The notes under the pieces were generated by a model. The model saw only the letters and a list, made by a program, of their open reading frames with translations, was not told the DNA's origin and made no database searches. A stretch of 64,000 bases of DNA from Candidatus Omnitrophota bacterium (GTDB lineage: Bacteria > Omnitrophota > Gorgyraeia > Zapsychrales > JBDRMG01), in NCBI GenBank assembly GCA_043812495.1, contig JBDRMG010000008.1, positions 1,516-65,515 on the forward strand. Reading direction: 5' to 3'. Shown one piece after another: positions 45,997-54,677 of the stretch (position 1 is the stretch's first letter; every line of letters starts with the position of its first letter). The position numbers were made by a program, and so were the translations under genes.

Positions 45997-48900
45997 ATGA
46001 TTCATAAAATCATCGAAGCGTGTCTAAAAAATAGATTTTTGGTCATCGCCGCCTTTGTCTTTCTTATCCTCTGGGGTTACTCGTCGATGAGAAATACTCC
46101 CGTTGATGCCATCCCTGATATCGGAGAACTCCAGGTGATTGTTTATGCCGACTGGCCGGGACGCAGCCCGCGGGACGTGGAGGACCAGGTGATTTATCCT
46201 CTCACGACGGGTCTGATGGGGACACCCGGCGTGAAGGTTGTGCGCTCCAGTTCAGCATTTGGATTTGGCCTGGTGAATATGATTTTTAACGAAGGCACAG
46301 ACTACTACTGGGCCAGGACAAGAGTTTTGGAAAGGCTGGATTTTGCCAAAAAAGGCTTGCCGGAAAATGCCGCGGTGACGCTCGGTCCCGATGCGACCGC
46401 CTTGGGCCAAATATTCTGGTATACGGTAGAGGGCGAGGGATACGATTTAGACCAACTGCGTTCCATTCAAGATTGGTATGTGCGCTATCAGCTCAACGCG
46501 GTTCAGGGCGTTTCCGAAGTGGCTTCTGTCGGCGGATACGTCAAACAGTACCAAATCGATATCGACCCGAATAAATTACTTGCCTATAACATCAAGATCA
46601 ATGACGTAATCAATGCCGTCCAAAGGTCTAATATTGACGTGGGGGCGAAGGTTTTTGAAGAAGGGGGCATCGAGTTTATCGTCCGCGGTGTCGGTTTTAT
46701 TAAAAAGTTGAAAGATATCGAAGATATTGTTGTCGGTTCGCAAGCCGGAACCCCCGTTTATATCAAAAATATCTCGACCGTAACTATTGGTTCGGATTTT
46801 CGCCGGGGCGCTCTTGACAAAGAAGGCCAGGAAGTGACCGGCGGTGTTGTATTGATGCGTTACGGAGAAAATCCGTTGAAGGTCATTGAGCGCATCAAAA
46901 ACAAGATCGCGGAACTATCCGTCGGATTACCGCCCGGCGTGAAAATCGTTCCCTTTTACGACCGCACTGGATTGATCCTGCGTTCCATTGGCACATTAAA
47001 GACGGCGCTGATTCAGGAAACTCTGATTACGGTTTTTGTTATTGTCGTCTTTCTTTTGCATTTCTGGGGGAGCGTTATCATATCGATTGTTCTTCCCATC
47101 GGCATCTTGATCGCTTTTATCTTCATGAGGCAGTTTGGGGTGGACGCGAATATCATGTCGTTGGGCGGACTCGCGATTGCCATTGGCGTCATGGTCGATT
47201 CAGGATGCATTTTGGTCGAAAATATTTACAGGCGCATCGCCACAAGGCGTCACGAATTAGGCGTTGAGAAGCTTACCCCCGAGGAGCGGCTGGATGTCTG
47301 CATCGATGCGTCTTCGGAAGTGGGTAAGCCAGTTTTGTTTGCCCTTCTGACGACAATCATCGGATTTATTCCTGTTTTTGTTCTGACGGGCCAAGCCGGA
47401 AAACTTTTTAGACCCCTGGCTTTCACGAAGACCTTTGCCATGGTCGCGGCCGCCTTGATTGCCCTTACGCTTTTGCCGACCCTGTCCTATTATCTCCTGC
47501 GGGGAAAATTGAAACTTGTCGAAGACAATAGGACCACCCGGTTTCTTCATGGGGTGTATCGTCCCTTGATCAGCTGGTCTTTAAAAAACAAGAAGCTCGT
47601 TATTTTTTTCTTTGTCGGCATCATTTTTATCGGTTTGTTATGCGGTTTTCTGATGAAGCAGGAATTCATGCCGCCTTTAGATGAAGGCGATCTTCTTTTT
47701 ATGCCGGTTCTTCTTCCGGGGGCTTCCTTGACACAAGTCATGGATGTGATGAGAAAACAGGACATTATTATCAAAGATGAATTTCCTGAAGTCGAATGGG
47801 CCGTGGGCAAGCTTGGGCGCGCCGAAACATCCACGGACCCCGCGCCCGTCGTCATGATCGAAACCATCATTCATCTTAAAGATAAGAAATTCTGGCGTAA
47901 AGGCATGACGCGGGAAAAACTGATTACACAGATTCAGGAAAAGACGCGGATGCCCGGCGTCAGTCCCATCATGACTCAGCCTATCCGCAACCGCATCGAT
48001 ATGTTGGCGACCGGCATACAGACACCGGTGGGCATCAAGGTTTTCGGGCCCGATTTAAATAAAACCGTCGAGATTGCTATTCAAATCGAGAAAATCGTCA
48101 GCCAGGTGGAAGGGGCCGTTAGTCCCTATGCGGAGAGGATATCCAATAGGCCCTATTATGAGATTGAAATCGACCGGGAAAAAGCGGCTCGTTACGGTAT
48201 TAAGGTCGCGGATATTCAACAGGTGATTATGACAGCCATCGGAGGCATGAATTTGACGACGACCGTCGAAGGACGGGAACGATACCCCGTACGCGTCCGT
48301 TATCTTAGAGAATTACGAGACAGTCCCGAAGCCATGGAGAGAATATTTATTCCGACACAAAGCGGAGCCCAGATTCCATTGGCGCAGGTGGCCACGCTCA
48401 AGAAAACGCCCGGGCCTGCGGTGATCAATGCTGAAAATACGCTGACGTATGCCCGCATTTTTATTAATGTGAATCAGGCCAAAGTCGGCTTGATTGATTT
48501 TGTTGAAAACGCCCAAAAAGCGGTCAAGGACAAAATTGATCAAGGGGAGCTGACGCTGCCGTCAGGCTATTTTGTTTCTTGGTCCGGCCAATTCGAATCC
48601 GAAACGGAATCACGGCAAAGGCTGATTCCTTCGCTTTTGATAGCCCTGGCTGTCATTCTTCTTTTATTATATATGGCTTTCAAAAATTTCAGTTCTTTAC
48701 TTATCCTAGCGACAGGGATTCCCACGTCTCTGATGGGTGGCATTATTTTATTGTTCCTGCTGAGATTCAAATTTTCAACAGCTGTTTGGGTAGGTTTTAT
48801 CGCCCTCTTCGGAGTTGCGACCGACAATGCCGTTGTTTTGCTTTCGACGCTGGACGGATTATTTGGAAAGAAGATTCCTCAAAACGTCGAAGAGATACGG

Positions 48901-49146
48901 CGGACCGTCATCGAAGGCGGATTGCTTAGGGTCCGGCCTGCGATGATGACAACAATGACGACTATTATCGCCCTTTTGCCGGTCATGTTCTCTCGTGGCG
49001 CAGGTTCCGAGATCATGAAACCCATGGCTTCACCGACGGTCGGCGGCCTGGTGACGGCGACATTAGCCAATCTGATCCTTGTTCCGGTTTTATACTGCTG
49101 GATCAAAGAAAGACAATTTAAGCTCATCCAAAGAGAATCCAAATAA
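45997..49146 (+). CDS. Heavy-metal efflux RND transporter (CusA/CzcA-like, HME family)
   Basis: MIHKIIEACLKNRFLVIAAF N-terminus is typical of CusA/CzcA. 12-TM layout with large periplasmic loops. The listed ORF starts at TTG 45979; ATG 45997 is preferred. Confidence 0.85.
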   Translation: MIHKIIEACLKNRFLVIAAFVFLILWGYSSMRNTPVDAIPDIGELQVIVYADWPGRSPRDVEDQVIYPLTTGLMGTPGVKVVRSSSAFGFGLVNMIFNEGTDYYWARTRVLERLDFAKKGLPENAAVTLGPDATALGQIFWYTVEGEGYDLDQLRSIQDWYVRYQLNAVQGVSEVASVGGYVKQYQIDIDPNKLLAYNIKINDVINAVQRSNIDVGAKVFEEGGIEFIVRGVGFIKKLKDIEDIVVGSQAGTPVYIKNISTVTIGSDFRRGALDKEGQEVTGGVVLMRYGENPLKVIERIKNKIAELSVGLPPGVKIVPFYDRTGLILRSIGTLKTALIQETLITVFVIVVFLLHFWGSVIISIVLPIGILIAFIFMRQFGVDANIMSLGGLAIAIGVMVDSGCILVENIYRRIATRRHELGVEKLTPEERLDVCIDASSEVGKPVLFALLTTIIGFIPVFVLTGQAGKLFRPLAFTKTFAMVAAALIALTLLPTLSYYLLRGKLKLVEDNRTTRFLHGVYRPLISWSLKNKKLVIFFFVGIIFIGLLCGFLMKQEFMPPLDEGDLLFMPVLLPGASLTQVMDVMRKQDIIIKDEFPEVEWAVGKLGRAETSTDPAPVVMIETIIHLKDKKFWRKGMTREKLITQIQEKTRMPGVSPIMTQPIRNRIDMLATGIQTPVGIKVFGPDLNKTVEIAIQIEKIVSQVEGAVSPYAERISNRPYYEIEIDREKAARYGIKVADIQQVIMTAIGGMNLTTTVEGRERYPVRVRYLRELRDSPEAMERIFIPTQSGAQIPLAQVATLKKTPGPAVINAENTLTYARIFINVNQAKVGLIDFVENAQKAVKDKIDQGELTLPSGYFVSWSGQFESETESRQRLIPSLLIALAVILLLLYMAFKNFSSLLILATGIPTSLMGGIILLFLLRFKFSTAVWVGFIALFGVATDNAVVLLSTLDGLFGKKIPQNVEEIRRTVIEGGLLRVRPAMMTTMTTIIALLPVMFSRGAGSEIMKPMASPTVGGLVTATLANLILVPVLYCWIKERQFKLIQRESK

Positions 49147-49295
49147 GGATTATTTTCGCAAGAGCGCTTCTTTGCTGTGAATGATCTCCAACTCAAACTT
49201 CATAAGTTGAATGAAATGATGGACACTTTCTTTGTCGCAAGTTAGAATAATTAACTAACAACTCATTTATTGGTCTTTTCCTTATTAATGGAACA

Positions 49296-49378
49296 GTCAA
49301 TAATATTCTCTCTATACGAGAAAGAAGACCTAATATTGACTTCCACCGTTCCTTTAATAAAGAGAAAGTCAATAATAT
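49296..49378 (+). promoter_or_regulatory. Three copies of an operator-like motif (GTCAATAATAT direct at 49296 and 49368; inverted AATATTGAC at 49332)
   Basis: Read directly. The strong RBS CACAAGGAGGG follows. Confidence 0.5.
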
Positions 49379-49454
49379 CCACAAGGAGGGCAGAATAATG
49401 TGCAAAGAAACACCGGACAACGACAAGAAAAAAGGAAAAAATATTTTTGGCAGA

Positions 49455-49550
49455 ATGATGGACAAGCTTGATAAGAAGATGGAAGAAAAGGCCAAGACGT
49501 CCTGCTGCGGCAAGAAAGATAATTCCCAGGGACCTTCATGCTGCAAATAG
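49455..49550 (+). CDS. Cys-rich micro-ORF ([31 protein letters not shown]), translationally coupled to the permease
   Basis: 31 codons. The stop overlaps the permease ATG. An upstream 19-codon ORF starting at 49399 with the strong RBS would fuse to it with a 1-nt change in an A-run, giving a peptide of about 50 aa. Confidence 0.35.
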   Translation: MMDKLDKKMEEKAKTSCCGKKDNSQGPSCCK

Positions 49551-50500
49551 CTACAGACTGGTTGGTGTATTCTGTCTTTCGCCTGGATCCCGCTTCGAGG
49601 CTGGGGGCGAGCATCAATTTCTTTGTTTACGACTCGATTAAAATCCTCTTATTGCTTTTTGTGATGATCGCCTTTGTCGGTTTCTTGAGGTCTTTTTTGT
49701 CCCAAAAAAAAGTAAGGGGCTGGTTGAGTGAGAAGAAATCATTCGGAAACCTTTACGCGTCTTTATTCGGCGCTGTTACGCCCTTTTGTTCTTGTTCGTC
49801 GATTCCCATTTTTCTGAGTTTCTTGAAGGCCGGCGTTCCTCTTGGCATCACTTTTTCTTTTTTGATCACGTCGCCTTTAATCAATGAATACTTGGCTGTT
49901 TTGATGCTCGGCTTTTTTGGATGGAAGATTACCATTATGTACATTATCAGTGGAATTTGCATCGGTGTTTTGGCCGGTCTAATCCTGGGAAGAATGAACC
50001 TTAACCGGTACATTGTCAAAGATATGGTCGCTGCCAATGATCAAGTTGAGGATGGGATGGAATTCAAAGGTTTCTTGCAAAGGATTGCTTTCGGTATGTC
50101 AGAGGCCCGAGATATCGTCAGAAAATTATGGATATGGATTTTGGTGGGTGTTGGCATCGGCGCTCTTATCCATAATTATATTCCCGACCAAGCCGTTCAG
50201 TCGATTATCAGTAAAACGGGAATTTTTTCTGTGCCGCTTGCAACCATTTTAGGCGTTCCGATGTATGGGAGCTGCGCCGCGATTGTTCCCATTGCTGTTG
50301 TTTTATTCCAGAAAGGAATACCTCTGGGAACGGCCCTGGCCTTTATGATGGCAACCGCGGCCCTCAGTCTGCCGGAAGCTATTCTCTTAAGGCGCGCGAT
50401 GAAGATTCAGCTCATCGGGATCTTTTTCGGGATTACAACCTTGGGAATCATCTTCACGGGATATTGTTTTAATTTTCTGCAAAGACTTTTGGTTTATTAA
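49538..50500 (+). CDS. COG0701/DUF318-family permease
   Basis: Two-repeat membrane topology. Conserved FCSCSSIP motif. This family commonly neighbours small CxxC redox proteins. Confidence 0.7.
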   Translation: MLQIATDWLVYSVFRLDPASRLGASINFFVYDSIKILLLLFVMIAFVGFLRSFLSQKKVRGWLSEKKSFGNLYASLFGAVTPFCSCSSIPIFLSFLKAGVPLGITFSFLITSPLINEYLAVLMLGFFGWKITIMYIISGICIGVLAGLILGRMNLNRYIVKDMVAANDQVEDGMEFKGFLQRIAFGMSEARDIVRKLWIWILVGVGIGALIHNYIPDQAVQSIISKTGIFSVPLATILGVPMYGSCAAIVPIAVVLFQKGIPLGTALAFMMATAALSLPEAILLRRAMKIQLIGIFFGITTLGIIFTGYCFNFLQRLLVY

Positions 50501-50501
50501 G

Positions 50502-50870
50502 ATGGGTAAAAATAAGAAGATATTGATTATTGACGACAACGAACAAGACCAAAAGGCTATGACGGTTGCTCTCCGCAAAGCAGGTTATGGTGATATTGCA
50601 TCGGCTCAAAATCAACAGGAGGGAATTCAAAAGACCGCCTCCCTTTGCCCCGCCATTATATTTATTGACGTTGTTTTGGGCAGCGTCGATGGATTCGATG
50701 TCTGCCGGCAGATTAAATCCTTAAACGGTTGCCAGGCGAAAATCATTATGGTCACAGGTCACTTAGATGCCGTTGAAGCATCCAAAGCCAAGGCCTCCGG
50801 GGCCGATGAAATTATTGAGAAGACATTTGGCTTCGCGAATCTGTCCAAAACGATTGAAAGTATCCTCTGA
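50502..50870 (+). CDS. Single-domain response regulator receiver
   Basis: ILIIDD...IFIDVVLGSVDG...MVTGH...K receiver signature. Confidence 0.8.
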   Translation: MGKNKKILIIDDNEQDQKAMTVALRKAGYGDIASAQNQQEGIQKTASLCPAIIFIDVVLGSVDGFDVCRQIKSLNGCQAKIIMVTGHLDAVEASKAKASGADEIIEKTFGFANLSKTIESIL

Positions 50871-50899
50871 TTTTTTTAAAGAATTTATGGTAAATCCAT

Positions 50900-50933
50900 A
50901 GGCAATTCACCAATGTGAATTGCCTTTCATTTT
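50900..50933 (+). terminator. Rho-independent terminator (AGGCAATTCAC-caat-GTGAATTGCCT followed by a T-rich tail)
   Basis: Read directly. Confidence 0.7.
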
Positions 50934-50959
50934 AGAGGTAGAAAGAATTAGGATATTTT

Positions 50960-50988
50960 TTGTATAAAAAAGTCGAAATTGTTATAAT
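50960..50988 (+). promoter_or_regulatory. Sigma70 promoter candidate TTGTAT-17-TATAAT with extended -10 TG
   Basis: Read directly, 30 nt upstream of the kinase ATG. Confidence 0.55.
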
Positions 50989-51018
50989 AGACTAACTAGC
51001 AAAACTTATGAGTCATCC

Positions 51019-52947
51019 ATGACGGGTAAAACAGTCCATAAACTCCGGTTCAAAAATTTCAAGATTCGCCAAAAGCTCATCCTGATCCTGTTGGTCATTT
51101 CTTTGATTCCGCTTTTGGCCGTCAGCATCTATAATTTCTACTACGCAAAATCAGAACTTGAAAAGAAGGCCATTGACCGACTGAAGGCCGTAACCCTGGC
51201 GCGGGAAGCCCATATCAATCACTTCATCCAATTGCGGCAGGAGCAAGCCAAGCAAATTGCCGGCGGTTTTTTGCCTCGTCAGTTAAGAGAATCCGGCCTC
51301 AATGATCCGGAAATTGTTCGCGGTATCCAGGCTGATATTAATGCCGCTTTCTACGATTTAAATCTGGAACCCTCCGGATATTACAAAAATATCGATCAGA
51401 AGACAGACATTGAAATCATCGGCATATGGGATGTTCTCGGGACGATCATCGCCAATACCAACAGAGACCTGATCGGGAAAAAAATGCCCATTGAATATAT
51501 GCAGAATGTCTATAAACAGGGGACATTTTTCGGAGGGCTTGAGAAGGATCCTCTGACCGGAAAGAATTTCTTAATTATCTTAGAACTGATCCGCAATTGG
51601 AGAACAAATGAAATCGTGGGGGCTGTTTCATTAAAGATCAGAGCCAAGACGCTTAATGAAATCACAACCGCCGGAGAAGGCTTAGGCCAGACCGGCGAAA
51701 GCTATATTGTCGATAAGCATTACCGTATGATCACGCCGTCGCGTTTTGCGGATAATGCAATTCTCAAGCTTAGCGTTAAAACCGAAGGGACCCGGGCCTG
51801 CTTTCGGCAAACCAAAGCACCCACCCTCTACAAGAATTATCGGGATACCTTAGTCTTGGGCGTCCAAAGATATCTGCCGGATGAGGATTGGTGTCTTGTA
51901 ACGGAAATTAATGCCAACGAGGCCTTTGCGACGACAGAGGCCCTGCGTAACCGGACGCTCGTGATCGGAGGGCTTTTTCTTTTTGTTATTTTATTCTTGA
52001 CCTATAAAGCCACAGAGTCTTTTGTCCAGCCTATTATCAAACTGCGCAATGCCTCGAGTCAGGTGGCCCAGGGCGATTATGATGTTGTGCTTCATGAAGA
52101 TAGCCAGGATGAAATCGGAGAGCTCTCTAAAGTGTTCAATGAAATGGCCAAAAATCTAACCGCTTTCAAGTCGGAATTGGAAGAAAAAAACAAAGAGCTT
52201 TTTAAGAGCCTTGCGGTATCCACTCAACAGAAGAAGGAATTAAAGAAAGTCAACCAGGAGCTGGATAGTTTCGTTTATACGGCCAGTCATGATCTTCGCG
52301 CACCTTTGCGCGGCATTGCTTCCTTCGCCACTTTCTTAGAAGAAGATTACAAGAACAAACTTGACGATGAAGGGAAAGGCTATATTGACGAAATTCGAAA
52401 AGGCGCGACCAAAATGAACGCCCTCATCGAGGACTTGCTGTCCTTGTCCCGTATTTCCCGCATCAAGAATCCTTACGAAGATGTGCCGATCAGGCCATTG
52501 ATTGATTCCGTCTTGGAGCGCATCAAAGTCGATATCCAAAAGGAAAAAGTCCGCTTGATCATTGCGGAGAATTTGCCGACCGTTTACTGCGACCGCATTA
52601 AGATGGCCGAGGTGTTCTTGAATCTCATTAACAATGCGATCAAATTTTCCTCAAAAAACAACAAAGACCATCCTCAGGTGGAAATTGGCTATATGGCTGA
52701 GGATGACCATCATAAATTTTTCGTAAAAGACAACGGTATCGGGATTGATCCCAAATACCATGAACAAATATTCGGTATCTTTAAACGCTTACATACGGAC
52801 AAGGAATATGAAGGAACGGGAGCGGGTTTAAGCATTATTAAACGCGTAATCGATGATCACCACGGCAAAATTTGGATCGAATCGAAACTCGGACAGGGCG
52901 CCGCGTTCTTTTTTACGATCCCCAAGAATTTATTCTACTTTGCATAA
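51019..52947 (+). CDS. Sensor histidine kinase with periplasmic Cache-like domain, HAMP, HisKA and HATPase_c
   Basis: Two TM helices flank a periplasmic domain of about 270 aa. H-box SHDLRAPL. N, G1 and G2 boxes. Confidence 0.85.
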   Translation: MTGKTVHKLRFKNFKIRQKLILILLVISLIPLLAVSIYNFYYAKSELEKKAIDRLKAVTLAREAHINHFIQLRQEQAKQIAGGFLPRQLRESGLNDPEIVRGIQADINAAFYDLNLEPSGYYKNIDQKTDIEIIGIWDVLGTIIANTNRDLIGKKMPIEYMQNVYKQGTFFGGLEKDPLTGKNFLIILELIRNWRTNEIVGAVSLKIRAKTLNEITTAGEGLGQTGESYIVDKHYRMITPSRFADNAILKLSVKTEGTRACFRQTKAPTLYKNYRDTLVLGVQRYLPDEDWCLVTEINANEAFATTEALRNRTLVIGGLFLFVILFLTYKATESFVQPIIKLRNASSQVAQGDYDVVLHEDSQDEIGELSKVFNEMAKNLTAFKSELEEKNKELFKSLAVSTQQKKELKKVNQELDSFVYTASHDLRAPLRGIASFATFLEEDYKNKLDDEGKGYIDEIRKGATKMNALIEDLLSLSRISRIKNPYEDVPIRPLIDSVLERIKVDIQKEKVRLIIAENLPTVYCDRIKMAEVFLNLINNAIKFSSKNNKDHPQVEIGYMAEDDHHKFFVKDNGIGIDPKYHEQIFGIFKRLHTDKEYEGTGAGLSIIKRVIDDHHGKIWIESKLGQGAAFFFTIPKNLFYFA

Positions 52948-53050
52948 CCAATGGAAATAATAGTATCTGCTTCGTAGAATATTCTCCTCGGAATAATTCT
53001 CCGAAGCCTGTACCATTATGTTCCATTAGTAAGGCGAAGGAGAATAAAGG
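52932..53050 (+). repeat. Structured intergenic repeat family 'R', copy 2
   Basis: Aligns with 18498-18686 apart from a deletion of about 70 nt. The first 16 nt overlap the last codons and stop of the kinase gene. Confidence 0.8.
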
Positions 53051-53106
53051 AAAAAGAGAAGCATACTGAAGAGAATCCTTCATCATAAAAATAAGAAAAT
53101 TGTCTT

Positions 53107-53583
53107 ATGACCCCAGACGCAAACAAGGAACCGATAAAAGATTTTCCCCTGGACATTCTCCTGGTGGAGGATAGTGAAGCGGATATCATCATCACCAAAA
53201 GGGCTTTTAAGAACGCAAAATTAAAGAATAACCTTTTCATTGTCGGCAATGGCCAAGAGTGTCTTGACTTTGTCCGCCATGGGGGCGCTTATCAAGACAA
53301 ACAAAAATATCCGCGACCGGACCTTATTTTTCTCGATGTCAATATGCCCAAGATAGATGGGTTTAGCGTCTTAGAGGTCCTCAAAGAAGAAGAACGAACC
53401 AGGACGATTCCCATCATTATGCTGACAGGATCAAAAAATGAAAGCGATATTATGAAAAGCTATATGCTGGGCGCCAACAGTTTCATTCAGAAGCCCGTAA
53501 CTTATGAAGAATTTGTCGAGATCATCGATGGATTCAACTTTTATTGGCATAGAATTAACCGATTACCTCAGAAAAATCAATAA
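53107..53583 (+). CDS. Single-domain response regulator receiver (158 aa)
   Basis: ILLVEDSEAD...LIFLDVNMPKIDG...MLTGS...K. Confidence 0.8.
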   Translation: MTPDANKEPIKDFPLDILLVEDSEADIIITKRAFKNAKLKNNLFIVGNGQECLDFVRHGGAYQDKQKYPRPDLIFLDVNMPKIDGFSVLEVLKEEERTRTIPIIMLTGSKNESDIMKSYMLGANSFIQKPVTYEEFVEIIDGFNFYWHRINRLPQKNQ

Positions 53584-53594
53584 GAGGCGAAACG

Positions 53595-53960
53595 ATGGCC
53601 GGAAAAATATTACTTATTGATGACAACGAACAAGATCTCAAAATCATGAAAAGGTATCTGAGCCCCCTTGGTTTCGATGAAATCTTAATGGCCGAAACCG
53701 GAGAGCAGGGCCTTGAGCTGGCCAAGACCGAGCAACCGGACATTGTCATCACGGATACGCAAATGCCGGGGGTGGACGGATTCGAGGTCTGTCAGAAAAT
53801 CAAGGAAGCCGGTTTAGAAAGCAAAGTGATCATCATCACCGGACACATTGATGCCGTGGATGCGGTCAAAGCCATAAAAATGGGAGCCGCCGATTATTGC
53901 GTTAAAACAGATGATTACGATTTTCTCTTACAAGCTGTTAAAGGACAAATGTCCGCGTAA
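53595..53960 (+). CDS. Single-domain response regulator receiver
   Basis: ILLIDD...IVITDTQMPGVDG...IITGH...K. Confidence 0.8.
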   Translation: MAGKILLIDDNEQDLKIMKRYLSPLGFDEILMAETGEQGLELAKTEQPDIVITDTQMPGVDGFEVCQKIKEAGLESKVIIITGHIDAVDAVKAIKMGAADYCVKTDDYDFLLQAVKGQMSA

Positions 53961-54007
53961 ATTTTACAAGACTTTAAAGAAGAAATAGTTAATTCTTATT
54001 TGCTGTA

Positions 54008-54044
54008 CCCAGCCCGCCGTTGAATCAATGGCGGGCCTCATTGA
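54008..54044 (+). repeat. Modular palindromic intergenic element, truncated copy E (GC hairpin GCCCGCC-gttgaatcaat-GGCGGGC plus the terminal CTCATTGA)
   Basis: Shares the hairpin module and the 3' terminus of copies A-D. Ends 12 nt before the receiver ATG. Confidence 0.65.
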
Positions 54045-54056
54045 AAGGACAAAACG

Positions 54057-54422
54057 ATGATTAAAAAAATTCTCATTGTCGAAGATAATGAAGTGGATCG
54101 AAAATTGATGCTGCGAGCCTTGATCAGCGCCGGTTATGCGAATGATATCTACGTAGCTGACTCCGGAGAGAAGGGAGTCGAACGATTTAAGGACAATAAG
54201 CCGGATGTCGTCGTTTTGGATACGGTTTTGCCGGGCATGGATGGCTTCGAAACCTGCAAAAGGATTAAAGATATCGATCAGAACGCGAACATCATCATCT
54301 TGACCGGTGAGATGGGCGCATTAAACCGTGAAAAAGCCAAAGAAGCCGGCGCCAATGAATATATCGCCAAAGGCTTGAACTATGCCGCCCTCAAAGATGT
54401 TTTCTGTAAAATCAATCAGTAA
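54057..54422 (+). CDS. Single-domain response regulator receiver
   Basis: ILIVEDNEVD...VVVLDTVLPGMDG...ILTGE...K. Confidence 0.8.
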   Translation: MIKKILIVEDNEVDRKLMLRALISAGYANDIYVADSGEKGVERFKDNKPDVVVLDTVLPGMDGFETCKRIKDIDQNANIIILTGEMGALNREKAKEAGANEYIAKGLNYAALKDVFCKINQ

Positions 54423-54677
54423 TTTTACCTTCAAGATTATCAGCTTGTTCCCGCCTTATTATTTATATTGATTGTCCCAAGATTTGCCTAACTGTCTGCC
54501 CTACTAAAAGAAGGCAAATTTTATTCAAAAAGAAAAAATGGAAATTTTTGGCATTATATTCTATAATACTAATTCTTATATTGATTTATAGAGATCATAA
54601 TGTTTATTCCTAACTTCATAAGTGGCAATATGTTTAAGCTTTAGAGAAAATATACTAAATAATCGGGAAGATGCAAA

